64,000 bases of DNA from Eledone cirrhosa (Eukaryota), in assembly GCA_964016885.1 (NCBI GenBank), contig OZ024752.1:25296001-25360000 (forward strand). The letters are read 5' to 3'. The notes below the pieces were generated by a model. It did no database searches, was not told the origin of the DNA, and saw only the letters and a list, made by a program, of their open reading frames with translations. Below, piece after piece: positions 16,535 through 31,128 of this stretch. Both the position numbers and the translations under genes were made by a program. Every line of letters begins with the position of its first letter. The first letter of the stretch is position 1.

Positions 16535-17458
16535 TACGATCTATGCGTGGATATTTTACGTCCTGATGTGGAAGATAAGTATATGTTTTATTTATTCCTT
16601 TACTTATTTGCATAGGTAAGTATATATTACCTGTATGTTTTGTGAAGGTTGTATACCTTCTCGTACGTATATTTAATTGTTATGGCGTATAATTTTTAAA
16701 TATTCTGGTATTTAGGGTTTGGCTATGTGTATACGGGAGTTTTGCGTCTGCGTGAGTATGCAGGTTCGTACGTATGGTGGGTGTGTGCATATGTGTACTT
16801 CTTGTTTTAGTTGACTTACGTCTCCGAACATTCGTGTATTTATATGTAGGTATGTGTGTGCGCTTGTTATATACGTATTTATTTACTTATATACGTTTAT
16901 ATAATTATTTATTTATTTGTACACTAGCATACACACACACACATATTTATATGTGCGCGATTGTATACCTATGGTAAGGTTTCGCGTATGCTTGTGTATG
17001 TACGTATTTGTTTGCGTGTATGTATTTATTTATTTCTATTACTTCTGTATTGTATTTATTTACTTTGTTTTTAACTCTGTAGCGGAGATTCATTTGGTCT
17101 CCTAGTTAGAATTTTAGTCTACGACTTCTGCTATACCATTTACGTGGTTTTGTCTTTGCGTGCTATTGTTCTCCACGCTCCACATATGACTTATTATCTT
17201 CGTGTTTTCGTTCATTGCCAGAGAACGTCTCTATGCACCACCTAAGAGAACATTAGTCTACGACCTCTTTTATACCTAAACGTGGTTCTGTCTTTGCGCG
17301 TAATTGTTTTTCACCGCTCCTTTTAATGACGTATTATTCGTTTTTTCCCATTCTTTGCCAGCGAACGTTTCCACGAACCAAAGTATCGTCTTCCTGTCTT
17401 CCTCCGGTTGCAACGTTTTTTGAAATATCCAGTTCTGCGTTTACAGATTGACTTTGTT

Positions 17459-17509
17459 AGTTTCAGAAGATCCCGTTAAGGGTGAAAGCAGCGATTCTTT
17501 GCTTAAATT
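17459..17509 (+). ncRNA. Hammerhead-like fold with U4A core (family D); copies 15028-15078(-), 27407-27457(-)
   Basis: aguuu-CAGAAGA-u ccc guuaa ggg u-GAAA-gca[gcgauucuu]ugc-UU-aaauu (aaacu in the other copies). Confidence 0.6.
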
Positions 17510-17673
17510 TTAATCTGTTATTTTAATAAATATTTGCTCTACGGTTCTTATATATTTGATATATATTTATCCTTATCGAGCCCTCTTTGGATTTTAGTCT
17601 TCAATTTTATTATTATTACTATACATATATGTATACATATATATATGTATATATATATATGTATATATATATG

Positions 17674-17789
<116 letters not shown>

Positions 17790-17847
17790 CATATATATAT
17801 ACATATATATATATACATATATATATGTATACATATATATATATATA

Positions 17848-18068
17848 CTCTTTTACTCTTTTACCTGTTTCAGCCATCCGGCTGAGGCCATGCTGGGGCA
17901 CCGTCCTTGTTGCTACACATTTTATCTCCAGCCTGTATAGGTTGGCCACTGGTGTAAGAGGGAGTTTGTTGCTGCTGCCCTTAGGTTTCCCTCGTGTCTT
18001 GCTGTGGGCTCATGCGGGATCCTGGATAACAAGGTGTCGAGATGTTTCTTGAAGACATCCACCTCCAC
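17848..18068 (-). mobile_element. 3' end of the CR1-like LINE including its terminal tail
   Basis: 17924-18068 is the reverse complement of ~50341-50485. It continues into ggtgccccagcatggcctcagcc...gctgaaacaggtaaaagagtaaaagag. Confidence 0.85.
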
Positions 18069-18637
18069 TTATAACTTTCTGGTTGGTTGGTTGGTTCCAC
18101 AACCAGATAGTTGTTTATATATTGTCATAGTTCTTTCGTCACACACTCTGTGACTTCTTCAGTGACTGGGGATTCCTTTCTTTGTTTCTGTGCCTCTCCT
18201 TTGTTCTGTCCTACGCCATTTTGCTTCTGTGTGTGTGACACGTTTTATTTACAATCCTTTAAAATTTATAATGGTATTATAATGAAATAGTCTGATAGAA
18301 TATTAGATTCTAAGTGTTAATTGAACAAGTACTTTCATGCTTTCGCAATCTTCAGGTTCATAATATGTGGTGACAGTCAAGTTTGCAATTTTCAACAGTT
18401 GAAAATTGCAAACTTGACTGTCACCATTATGAACCTGAAGATTGCGAAAGCATGAAAGTACTTGTTCAATTAACACTTAGAAGCAAAATGGCGTACGACA
18501 GAACAAAGGAGAGGCACAGAAACAAAGAAAGGAATCCCCAGTCACTGAAGAGGTCACAGAGTGTGTGACGAAAGAACTATGACAATATATAAACAACTAT
18601 CTGGTTGTGGAACCAACCAACCAACCAGAAAGTTATA
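18068..18637. mobile_element. Nested foldback: family O inverted arms enclosing the family N palindrome
   Basis: 18068-18228 is the reverse complement of 18478-18637; inner palindrome at 18241-18482. Confidence 0.8.
18541..18583 (+). ncRNA. Minimal hammerhead (family O); inverted copy 18124-18166(-)
   Basis: guca-CUGAAGA-g gucac..gugac-GAAA-gaac-UA-ugac. Confidence 0.75.
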
Positions 18638-18864
18638 AATTTATTATAAATTTATTATAATAAATTGAAGTGAAAGCAACTGGTGCGTGTGTTTCTTATT
18701 GGCAACATGACCCTCCCTAAGTATAACAATAAATATATATATATATATATACATAAATATATATACATAAATATATATATATATATACATAAATATATAT
18801 ATACATATACATATATATATATATACACATATATACATACATATATATATATATATATACATAT

Positions 18865-18973
<109 letters not shown>

Positions 18974-19293
18974 CATAAATACATATATATATATACATAT
19001 ATATATATATACATAAATATAAAGAATTAGTATATCTACCAACATATGTATACAGATGCATACCTATGCTAGCAAATATATATGTTTTGTCTTAGTAACT
19101 TTGTGGTTCTATGCAAGGGGATGCATAAAAATTATATGAAAGACGTAAAATAAGAAAATTATGAAAATTAACTTACTTACTAAAATTTCAATGTCCTGGA
19201 ATTTAGTCCCCGCTCGCTTTTTTCCATCCACTGAATTATTTTTAAATAAGATCCCTGTGTCCACGCATTGACTGGGCGCTTAGCTGATAATAG

Positions 19294-19374
19294 ACTCCCT
19301 GATGACGTAAGGATTCTCTATGGGTACGTTACGTTACCATATTTATTCCCTTACAGAAACTAATTAGTTGGAGT
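19294..19374 (+). ncRNA. Type I hammerhead (family E)
   Basis: acucc-CUGAUGA-c guaagg...ccuuac a-GAAA-cuaauuag-UU-ggagu. Confidence 0.85.
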
Positions 19375-19820
19375 GAAATTTTAGTAAGTAAGTTAATTTT
19401 CATAATTTTCTTATTTTACGTCTTTCATATAATTGTTCTGCATCCCCTTGCATCAAACCACAAAGTTACTAAGACAAGACATATATATTTGCTAGCATAG
19501 GTATGCATCTGTATACATATGTTGGTAGATATACTAATTCTTTATATATATTTCCAAATTATTTGTTGAGAAAAACTTGCTGAAATTACTACTATGGTTT
19601 ATGGTAGTAGTTAGGCTCTTGTCTTATTAGCACGCCACTCCTCACTGATTAACCTCAGTGTCACGTGATTGATTCTTTTGAATTTGCCACTGACCAAGTA
19701 GGCGGTGAATTTTTTCAATGTCCTGGAATTTAGTCCCCGCTCGCTTTTTTCCATCCACTGAATTATTTTTATATAAGTTCCCTGTGTCCACGCATTGCCT
19801 GGGTGCTTAGCTGAGAATAG

Positions 19821-19901
19821 ACTCCCTGATGACGTAAGGATTCTCTATGGGTACGTTACGTAACCATATTTATTCCCTTACAGAAACTAATTAGTTGGAG
19901 T
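19821..19901 (+). ncRNA. Type I hammerhead (family E, second tandem copy); also 24575-24656(+), 38352-38432(-), and 23996-24076(-) with one A lost from GAAA
   Basis: Same fold, 527 nt downstream of the first copy. Confidence 0.85.
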
Positions 19902-19962
19902 GAAATTTTAGTAAGTAAGTTAATTTTCATAATTTTCTTATTTTACGTCTTTCATATACATA

Positions 19963-19998
<36 letters not shown>

Positions 19999-20003
19999 CA
20001 TAA

Positions 20004-20040
<37 letters not shown>

Positions 20041-20104
20041 CATCAATATATTTATATATATACGTAAATATATATATATATACATAAATATATATATATA
20101 TATA

Positions 20105-20177
<73 letters not shown>

Positions 20178-20209
20178 AGATCAAAAGATGGTTAAAGGAG
20201 TTCCATATA

Positions 20210-20276
20210 TTTTATTATGCGCATTTCAAAAACAAACATCATCAAGCAATAATATTTGTGTTTTCATCAGATAAAA
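20210..20276 (-). ncRNA. Type I hammerhead (family B)
   Basis: uuuuau-CUGAUGA-[acaaauauu/gauguuugu hairpin]-GAAA-ugcgca-UA-auaaaa. Confidence 0.8.
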
Positions 20277-21255
20277 CAGGAGAACATGATATGAAGGCTA
20301 AAAAAACACTTGTTGATAGTGCAGTTTTAAATCAACATATGAAAAGTGGTTTTAGATTGATGTGTGATATTGGGAAAAATATTTTATTTAGAGAGGGGGG
20401 GGGGATGAAAAGGGAAGGAGATGAGAGGGAGAGATGGGTGATAGAGAGAAAGAGATAGTTTTTATAACTGAGAGGAGATATATTTTTTACATAGAGGGGT
20501 TGAAAACCGTTGGAAGATACTGTATAAATTAAAATTTTGAAAATTAACGAAGGGAGGATATGTGCGAGGAAAAAATATTTTATTTAGGGAGGGGCGGGTG
20601 GAAAGGATGAAAAAAAGGGGGGAGGAGATGAGAGTGAAGGTGGAGAGGGAGAGATGGGTGATAGAGAGAAAGAGATAGTTTTTATAACTGAGAAAAAGAT
20701 ATATTGTTTTAATATAGAGAGGTTGGGAACCGTTGGAAGATAATGTATAAATTAAAGGAATTTGAAAATTAACGAAGGGAAATTATGTATGAAGATAGAG
20801 AGAAAAAAATAATAATTGTGGGTGAATATTCTAACGTCAAAAGAAGAAATGTATGTATTGTGGCAATTTCAAAATTAGCGAAGAGAAAAATTAAGGTTTG
20901 TGTGTAGAAGGATTTGAGAAAAATAATGTGAAGTTAAAGTTTGTATATTGAATTGATATGTATTAATAATGAGTTCGTTGATGGGGAGAAAAAAAAAAAA
21001 TAATAATAATAAATTAAGGATGAAATTGAGATTAAAAAGATTTATGATAGAGAGAAAAAATAATAATGATTGCGGATATTCAAAATGTCAAAAACAAATG
21101 TTATTATTTTACGAGAAGATAGAATGAGGGTAATGAGTAAACGAGTATTATAGAGTGTATAATGCCCTTTAAAGTAAGGTAGATGGGTATATTTTAAAGA
21201 GGTGTATGTATATGTGCCTTTGAGAAAAGATTCTAAATTGATAAAGAATTGAATA

Positions 21256-23285
21256 TTAACTGTATACTTTGTGAAAAGTTCTATGGAATTTATGCAGGCA
21301 GATAGAAAACAAATCTGAGCGTCTATTTATTATAGATTCTAGGTTAGAGATAATGGTAAACTTTTCATTTAGGCAGAGATTACAGATTTTAGATAGAGAG
21401 CTGTTCAAGTATGAAGATGCAGAAGAAATCTTTTTCCAAAAGATGTTATATTTAATGTTTTTGTCTTTTAAGGACCATATGAGTTCTGAGAGAGCAGTGT
21501 TAGTTCTTTTAAGTTTGTATTTGAAAGATGAATGATGATTATAGAGACGAGCTTTAAAAGAGGTGGAAGTGGAGCCAAAATAGGTGAAGGAATTGGTGCT
21601 AGTTATAATTTTACATTCATAAATTAAGTTTTTATCGAGGCAATGGTTGTTGAGAGGACATTTATTTTTAATGCGGCAGTTGCAATTAGAGAGATTATTA
21701 ATGAGTGATCTAGTGTTATCTATAGAAGGAATTGGATTGGAGAAGTTGTTTCCGATAGGAATAATAGGAATAATAGTTTCTTGATTTAGAGTTGGATTAT
21801 GAACATTTAGCGAAGTTGTGTTTGACGTTGTATTTGGGTTTACAGAAGTTAGCCTAGGGTTTACAATGACGTCGGGAGTACTATTACTGTTATTATGAAA
21901 TTCAATATTGGAAGGAAGAGATTTAGTATTTAATATTTTGTTGTTGTGTTTAGAGATGATGTTGGAAATATTGGAGGATGTAGAATACGAAAATTTGATG
22001 GTGTGTTTGTTAAATATTTTACTATAGATATGTGAGGGAGGGAAGCATTTATTTAAGGCACTAAAAAATAATTTAGGAATATTGTTATTAATAGAGATGG
22101 AGAAAGGAGCATTATACCAGATTATGTTTTTGTATCTAGGTCTTTTATTAAAATTATTGGAATGGTCATGATTAATTATTCTACTGTAAATTTTCCTAGA
22201 ATTTGTTTCTTTATTATATTTGATTTTATCTGGATAGCCGGCTTTAGAAAGTGCGTTATTATAGTAATTGGCGTTAGCATCAAAGATGTTTTTATTAGAA
22301 GATATGTTAGATATTCTATTTCCAATATTATTAACTATAGCATTCTTGATATTGGTAGGATGGTTAGATTTAAAGTTAACATAATTAAGATTCTCATTGT
22401 TTTTATGGTAAGGGTAATATAGGCCAGTGTCAAGATTAAGAGATACATCCAAGAAATTAGCTAGCTCAATTTTTAGGTTATGTTGGTTAAAGAGATTACG
22501 TATATTGTTCTTAATAATATTAAGTTTAACTATATTGCAATTTAGGATAGTAAAGAGTCCATCGTCACGATAAATTCCACCGCGAAGTTGAGGAATTTTC
22601 CGACTCAAAGAGTTCAAAATAAAGATACCAATTAAATCAGTCAATTGGGATGAATCGGATGCTCCCATTGTGATGTCGAAGTTGTTAGAGGTATCGGCTC
22701 TGGTCCAATATTCGTTGTTGAACTCTAGGGTGGTTTTACGTGCGGTGAGGATGATGTGAAGTTCATCTGTGGTGATGTCAGAATATTTAAGTGCGAAAGA
22801 TAGAGCATTATTGAGAAGTGAAGGCGAAATGGAGGAATAGTAGCTGGCAATATCGAATTGAATAAATTTTAGTTTGTTTTTATTATCCAATTTGTTGAAC
22901 CAGCCAATCACTTCAGAAGTACCAAACCATAAATTTAGGTTTAAAGAAGAGCAATTAGAACTAACCTGTGGGATAATCCCATCCAAGATGGCTTTACTAA
23001 CAACCCCCAGATCAGATTTAGAGGGGGCGATTAATCTAACAGGTAGTTCAGTGCGAAAATTGTTTTTGTGATCCTTGAGATTTATCCTCGGAGTTCTTGG
23101 GAGGAATGGTTCGGTCTTTTTTTCAATGCCAAGTTTTCACATAATCTCATAGGCTTCAAGGTTTATGCATTCTAAATTTTCATGGTTGGTTTTACGATAC
23201 TTTTTCCTAAGTTCCTTTAGCATAAGGTTGTTATAATTATCCTTGGAAATACCATATAGGTTATTGGTTTTGTCAGTTTTGCTTT
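21256..23285 (-). pseudogene. PLE RT/GIY-YIG ORF; 576 aa open, N-terminus truncated and disrupted
   Basis: FIQFDIASYYSSI, ITMGASDS, IYRDD, WYNAP, CNCRIKNKCPL, LIY..YFG. Upstream DKTNNLY and LKDHK motifs, with a break near 23140. Confidence 0.9.
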
Positions 23286-23314
23286 ATTGTACTACAATAA
23301 AACTCACCTCCTAC

Positions 23315-23411
<97 letters not shown>

Positions 23412-23741
23412 TAGAGATATATATATACATATATATATATACATAAATATATATATATATACATAAATATATATATATATATATACATAAATATATATAT
23501 ATATATATATACATATACATAAATATATATATATATATATATACATAAATATATATATATATAGAATTAGTATATCTACCAATATATGTATACAGATGTA
23601 TACCCATGCTAGCAAATATATACCTCTGTGGTTCTATGCAAGGGGATGCAGAACAATTATATGAAATACATAAAATAAGAAAATTTTAAAATTAACTTAC
23701 TAAAATTTTCACTCCAACTAATTAGTTTCTGTATTATTACA

Positions 23742-23781
<40 letters not shown>

Positions 23782-23798
23782 ATGTATATATATATATT

Positions 23799-24891
<1,093 letters not shown>

Positions 24892-24913
24892 AATTTATAT
24901 ATATATATACATA

Positions 24914-24993
<80 letters not shown>

Positions 24994-25220
24994 TGTATTA
25001 AACAACATAAGGCAATTATTCCATTTACCAGTGGTTTCTTAAAAGCAAAAATTTTGCTTTCAATCATCAGAATGAAAAAATCCTGGTCTGTTTATTGAAT
25101 TTGGATTTTGAAAACAAAAATGCAATCTATATGAAAGTGAGGCTGGAGAAAAGAGAAGTAAAGGAAAAATTAAATAAAAACACACATGCAAACACTCACA
25201 CACACACACACACACACACA

Positions 25221-25276
<56 letters not shown>

Positions 25277-25600
25277 GGTTTTTTTTCATTCTGATGATTG
25301 AAGGCAAACATTTTTTGCTTTTAAGAAACCACTGGTGAATGGAATAATTACCTTATGTTGTTTATTACATTACTATATATATGTATAAGTATATTTTGTA
25401 GTTATATAAGGTTCATATGAATTATCTAAGATTGAGTTTTACACACACACATATATGTGTATATATATATATGTGTGTGTGTGTGTGTTTCTACTTGGTT
25501 GTGCGTGTTTGTGATATGTACGTGTTTGTATGTGTATAATTGTATAGCTATGTATGTGTGTGTGTGTATGTATATATATATGTGTGTATATGTGTGTGTG

Positions 25601-25643
<43 letters not shown>

Positions 25644-25719
25644 CGAAGGAAATGTGGTAAGGAACCAGGTGGACCATAACGCACCAAAGTACTCAATACT
25701 TTAGGTAGTAGAGTGGGTA

Positions 25720-25828
25720 ATAGGAACCAGTAAGACTCCGACAGCTGAGCTCAAGCCGTTTCGACGGCTAATTCTGCAGAATTAGCCGTCGAAACGGCTT
25801 GAGCTCAGCTGTCGGGGTCTTACTGGTT

Positions 25829-25833
<5 letters not shown>
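25720..25833. repeat. 114-bp spacerless palindrome (one mismatch) inserted in (TA)n
   Basis: Centre ctg|cag at 25776/25777; ataggaaccagtaagac... pairs with ...gtcttactggttcctat. Confidence 0.9.
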
Positions 25834-25909
<76 letters not shown>

Positions 25910-26351
25910 ATATGTATATGTGTGTGTATATATGTATATGTGTGTGTGTGTTTGTGTATGTATTTGTGTATGCGTATGTATGTGTTTATGTATTTGTATA
26001 TCTATATTTATGTGTGAGAATGTGTGTATGTATTTACTTTTTCGTACGTATGTGTACGTTCATTTGTGTGTATTGGTTACCACGCGTGTTTGTTCATTTA
26101 TTCGTCGCTTGTATCGCTGTCAACTGTATAATAGTTTTTATTCTTTTATTTTTTATATATATTTTTCTTATATTTATTTACGTGTGTGAATATATAGAGG
26201 TGTGTGCATATTTTTCTAATTTTGTACATGCATATGTATGCATTTATGTATGTGTATGTATGTACGTGTGTATATAGGTATGACTGTGTGCATGTATGTA
26301 TGTATGTATGTATATGTATGTGTGTATGGCTATGTATGTGTATATGTATGC

Positions 26352-26383
<32 letters not shown>

Positions 26384-26598
26384 TTATATTTATATATATA
26401 TATATATGTGTGTATATATGTGTGTGGTTGTATATATGTATGTGTATGTATGGATGTGTTGATATTTTTATGTGCGTATGTATGTATGTGTATATGTATG
26501 TGTATGTGTGTATTTATATAGACATATATACGTGTATATGTGTGTGTGTATGTATGAGTGTATGTATATATATATATATATATGTATGTGTATGTATG

Positions 26599-26687
<89 letters not shown>

Positions 26688-26798
26688 ATGTGTGTTTTTA
26701 TTTTATTTTTCCTTTCCTTCTTCTTTCTCCAGCCTCACTTTCATATAGATTGCATTTTAGTTTTTAAAATCCAAATTCAATAAACAGACCAGGATTTT

Positions 26799-26856
26799 TT
26801 CATTCTGATGATTGAAAGCAAAATTTTTTGCTTTTCAGAAACCACTGGTAAATGGA
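26799..26856 (+). ncRNA. Type I hammerhead (family F); copies 25020-25076(-), 25285-25343 (GUG site), 42689-42746 (CCGAUGA)
   Basis: uucauu-CUGAUGA-uugaaagcaaaa/uuuugcuuuuca-GAAA-cc acu gg-UA-aaugga. Confidence 0.85.
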
Positions 26857-27009
26857 ATAATTGCCTTATGTTGTTTAATACATAACTATTAAGCTCTGTT
26901 ACCTACATAGAGCACTCTTTTTTCCTGGACTTTTCCGACGGAATTACTTCATTTACAGATATATATATATATATATATACATAAATATATATATATATAT
27001 ATACATATG

Positions 27010-27048
<39 letters not shown>

Positions 27049-27097
27049 GTATATATATATATATACATATGTATATATATATATATATATACATATG

Positions 27098-27133
<36 letters not shown>

Positions 27134-27280
27134 CATAAATATATATATATATATATATACATAAATATATATATATATACATATATATACATAAATATAT
27201 ATATACATAAATATATATTTATATATACATATGTATATATATATACATATGTATATATATATATATATATACATATATAT

Positions 27281-29432
27281 TTATTAAAATAATAATAATA
27301 ATAATAATAAAATTGAAGACTAAAATCCAAAGGGGGCTCGATAAGGAAAATATATATCAAATATATAAGAACCGTAGAGCAAATATTTATTAAAATAACA
27401 GATTAAAGTTTAAGCAAAGAATCGCTGCTTTCACCCTTAACGGGATCTTCTGAAACTAACAAAGTCAATCTGTAAACGCAGAACTGGATATTTCAAAAAA
27501 CGTTGCTACCGGAGGAAGACAGGAAGACCATACTTTGGTTCGTGGTAACGTTCGCTGGCAAAGAACGGGAAAAAACGAATAATACGTCATTAATAGGAGC
27601 GGTGAAAAACAATTACGCGCAACGACAAAACCACGTTTATGGTATAAAAGAGGTCGTAGACTAATGTTCTCTTAGGTGGTGCATAGAGACGTTCTCTGGC
27701 AATGAACGAAAAAACGAAGATAATAAGTCATATGTGGAGCGTGGAGAACAATAGCACGCAAAGACAAAACCACGTAAATGGTATAGCAGAAATCGTAGAC
27801 TTAAATTCTAACTAGGAGACCAAATGAATCTCCGCTACAGAGTTAAGAACAAATTAAATAAATACAATACAGAAGTAATAGGAACAAATAAATACATACA
27901 CGCAAACAGATACGTACATACACAAGCATACGCAAAACCTTACCAAGGGTATACAAAACCACGCAAATATAAATATGTGTGCGTGTGTATGCTTGTGTAC
28001 AAATAAATAAATTATATAAACGTATATAAGTAAATAAATACGTATATAACAAGCGCACACGCACACCTACATATAAATACACGAATGTTCGGAGACGTAA
28101 GTCAACTAAAACAAGTAGTACACATATACACACACCCACCATACGTACGAACCAGCACACTCACGCGGACGCAAAACTCCCGTATACACATACCAGAATA
28201 TGTAAAAATTATACGCTATAACAGTCAAATATACGTACGAGAAGGTATACATACCTTCACAAAACATACGGGTAATATATACTTACCTATGCAAATAAGT
28301 AAAGGAATAAACAAAACATATACTTAGCTCCCACATCAAGACGTAAAAAATCCACGTATAGATCGTGCTATCCGTTAGGGTATAACGTGGGGCTGTAATA
28401 CAGGAAAGTTTTGTGCAATTTATGTTTACAAGCCGAAATTACCTCAGATTCTTTGTTTAAGATGTGGTCTGTAGCGTAGAGTATTTCCAGGGCCTCAGCG
28501 GCGCAGAGGTCACATGGTCTTTTATTTCCGTTATACGATCTAGCCCTAGCTAGGATCTCCCAGTGTAACTTATATTGGGTGTGGTTGTCTTTTAGACTCC
28601 AGATATAAGCTGAAAGTGACGTCATATTCCTTCTTAGAGGGTAACGAAAAGAATGAGTATGCATGTAAAGACGCTGCTTGAAACTATTGGCGATTAACAC
28701 TATGTAGGCCATACGGGACGTGGGTGTTACAACCTTACATTTGTAGACAATGTTACTAGAGAGGCATTTCCCGGATAGGGGGCAATCAGCCCGATTCCTA
28801 CAATTACAGTTAGTACTACCTACAGGGTTGCACGTGTTCCTACGGCTAGGTAGTTTAGCTAAATTTGAAGCTGTGATGTTATGTGCAAGGTTAGGAGTCG
28901 TAGAGTAAGACATTTTAATAGTATTTCTATTAAAAATGTTACTATATTTATGTGTAGGGGGAAAATGCTTCGTAATAAGGGAAAAAAAGATCTTAGCTAA
29001 CGGTGTGGCCACCTCCATATTATATGGTGGGTTATACCAACAAATGCGACGGGATCTATTTCTTCTAGGTCTATTTTCGTACTCTGTATATGCTACCTTA
29101 TCGACAAATCCACTTCGAGCAAGATCTTCATTGTAATAAGTGGAATGGTCGTTGAAAATACGCTCGTTGGTGGAAAGACGGGAAAGCCTCAACGAAACGT
29201 TTCTTACCAGGTTCTTGGTTATGCTGGCAGGATGGTTGGAATGCTTACTTATGTAATTAAGCGTATCATTCGGCTTTCTATACGGGTAATACAACCCATT
29301 CAATAAATTGAGGGTAACGTCGAGGTAATTAACGACCGAGAGATTGGCCTGAACCTGTATAGAGAGGTTGAAGCCTTTAAAGAAGGCTGTGAGTTCTTTT
29401 CTGAACCTGTCGCAAGCACGAGGTCCGCACTT
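27281..29432 (-). mobile_element. 5'-truncated PLE family D, second copy
   Basis: Reverse complement of 15607-17620 with extra 5' RT sequence; (TA)n on both sides. Confidence 0.9.
28368..29432 (-). pseudogene. PLE RT C-terminus + GIY-YIG (355 codons, no native start)
   Basis: [31 protein letters not shown]; the upstream part of ORF 28368-30134 is microsatellite read-through. Confidence 0.88.
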
Positions 29433-30372
<940 letters not shown>

Positions 30373-30936
30373 AGAGATTACAATAATCAAAGTTCAGTTT
30401 AAATCATTTATTTGCTTACAATTGTTTCCTCCAAACCGAGGTTTGGATTCTTCGGAGCAACTATTTAGTGGTCTATAACATACTTGACCTCCTTTTCAAC
30501 ACAAGAGACATATAAAACATATGCACATATTGATCCACAGTGGGATGACATCCATCAAAATGATATAGCATGGCAATTTACATATAAAGGTTAAAGGATA
30601 ATAATAAAAATAAAAATAAAAATGAAAATAAAAATGAAGCATTGGCAGTCTATGAAGATAAACCAAGAGGAAAGTTTTGAGTAGTCAGTGTATGAAACAA
30701 TCTCACGTGTAGCATGCACGCGTGTCTTATTTATACAGGATTAGAGTGCGTCAGAATGTTATTTGCAGTGTCAGGCAGTTGAAGCAGGCAATCGATATTA
30801 TTATGTGGGCTGAATTATTAAATCATTTATTCGCATACACCTGTATGATATACAGTCCCGAATGTAGAGAAACACCAAAATATCAAAAATTTCAAACATA
30901 TTATAAACATTATAAACCATAACGTAGGCAAAACAG

Positions 30937-30938
<2 letters not shown>
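30373..30938 (-). mobile_element. Orphan pseudo-LTR-like segment (family G)
   Basis: Unique sequence between TA tracts with an HHR about 40 nt from its minus-strand 3' end. Confidence 0.55.
30412..30460 (-). ncRNA. Hammerhead with U4C core (family G)
   Basis: uugcu-CCGAAGA-a uccaaacc uc gguuugga g-GAAA-caauug-UA-agcaa. Confidence 0.72.
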
Positions 30939-30986
<48 letters not shown>

Positions 30987-31087
30987 TATATATGTATATA
31001 TATAAAAATATATATGTACATAAATATATATACATAAAAATATATATATACATAAATATATATATATATACATAAATATAAATATAC

Positions 31088-31128
<41 letters not shown>

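Larger units (their letters stand above)
15005..17620 (+). mobile_element. 5'-truncated PLE family D with 5' inverted pseudo-LTR
   Basis: 15005-~15600 is the reverse complement of ~16925-17532, followed by the C-terminal ORF remnant and pseudo-LTR. Same family as 27281-29432. Confidence 0.9.
19017..19957 (+). mobile_element. ORF-free ~527-bp HHR monomer (family E), 1.5-mer tandem with 5' inverted arm; retrozyme-like
   Basis: 19186-19428 repeats at ~19714-19957. 19017-19185 is the reverse complement of 19377-19545. Other copies at 23563-23733, 23947-24706 and 38186-38625. Confidence 0.85.
20172..23292 (-). mobile_element. 5'-truncated PLE family B (Hydra-clade-like)
   Basis: Minus-strand RT/GIY-YIG ORF plus a 1.1-kb 3' region ending in an HHR next to (TA)n. 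Confidence 0.9.
24988..26958 (+). mobile_element. Non-coding microsatellite-rich element family F with two HHR segments and a 5' inverted arm
   Basis: 24988-~25260 is the reverse complement of ~26590-26889. HHR segments at 25285 and 26799. Second copy at 38626-42848. Confidence 0.8.

Noticed and set aside
25781-25810. GAAAC-containing half as a hammerhead
   Set aside because: No CUGANGA core and stem III does not pair.
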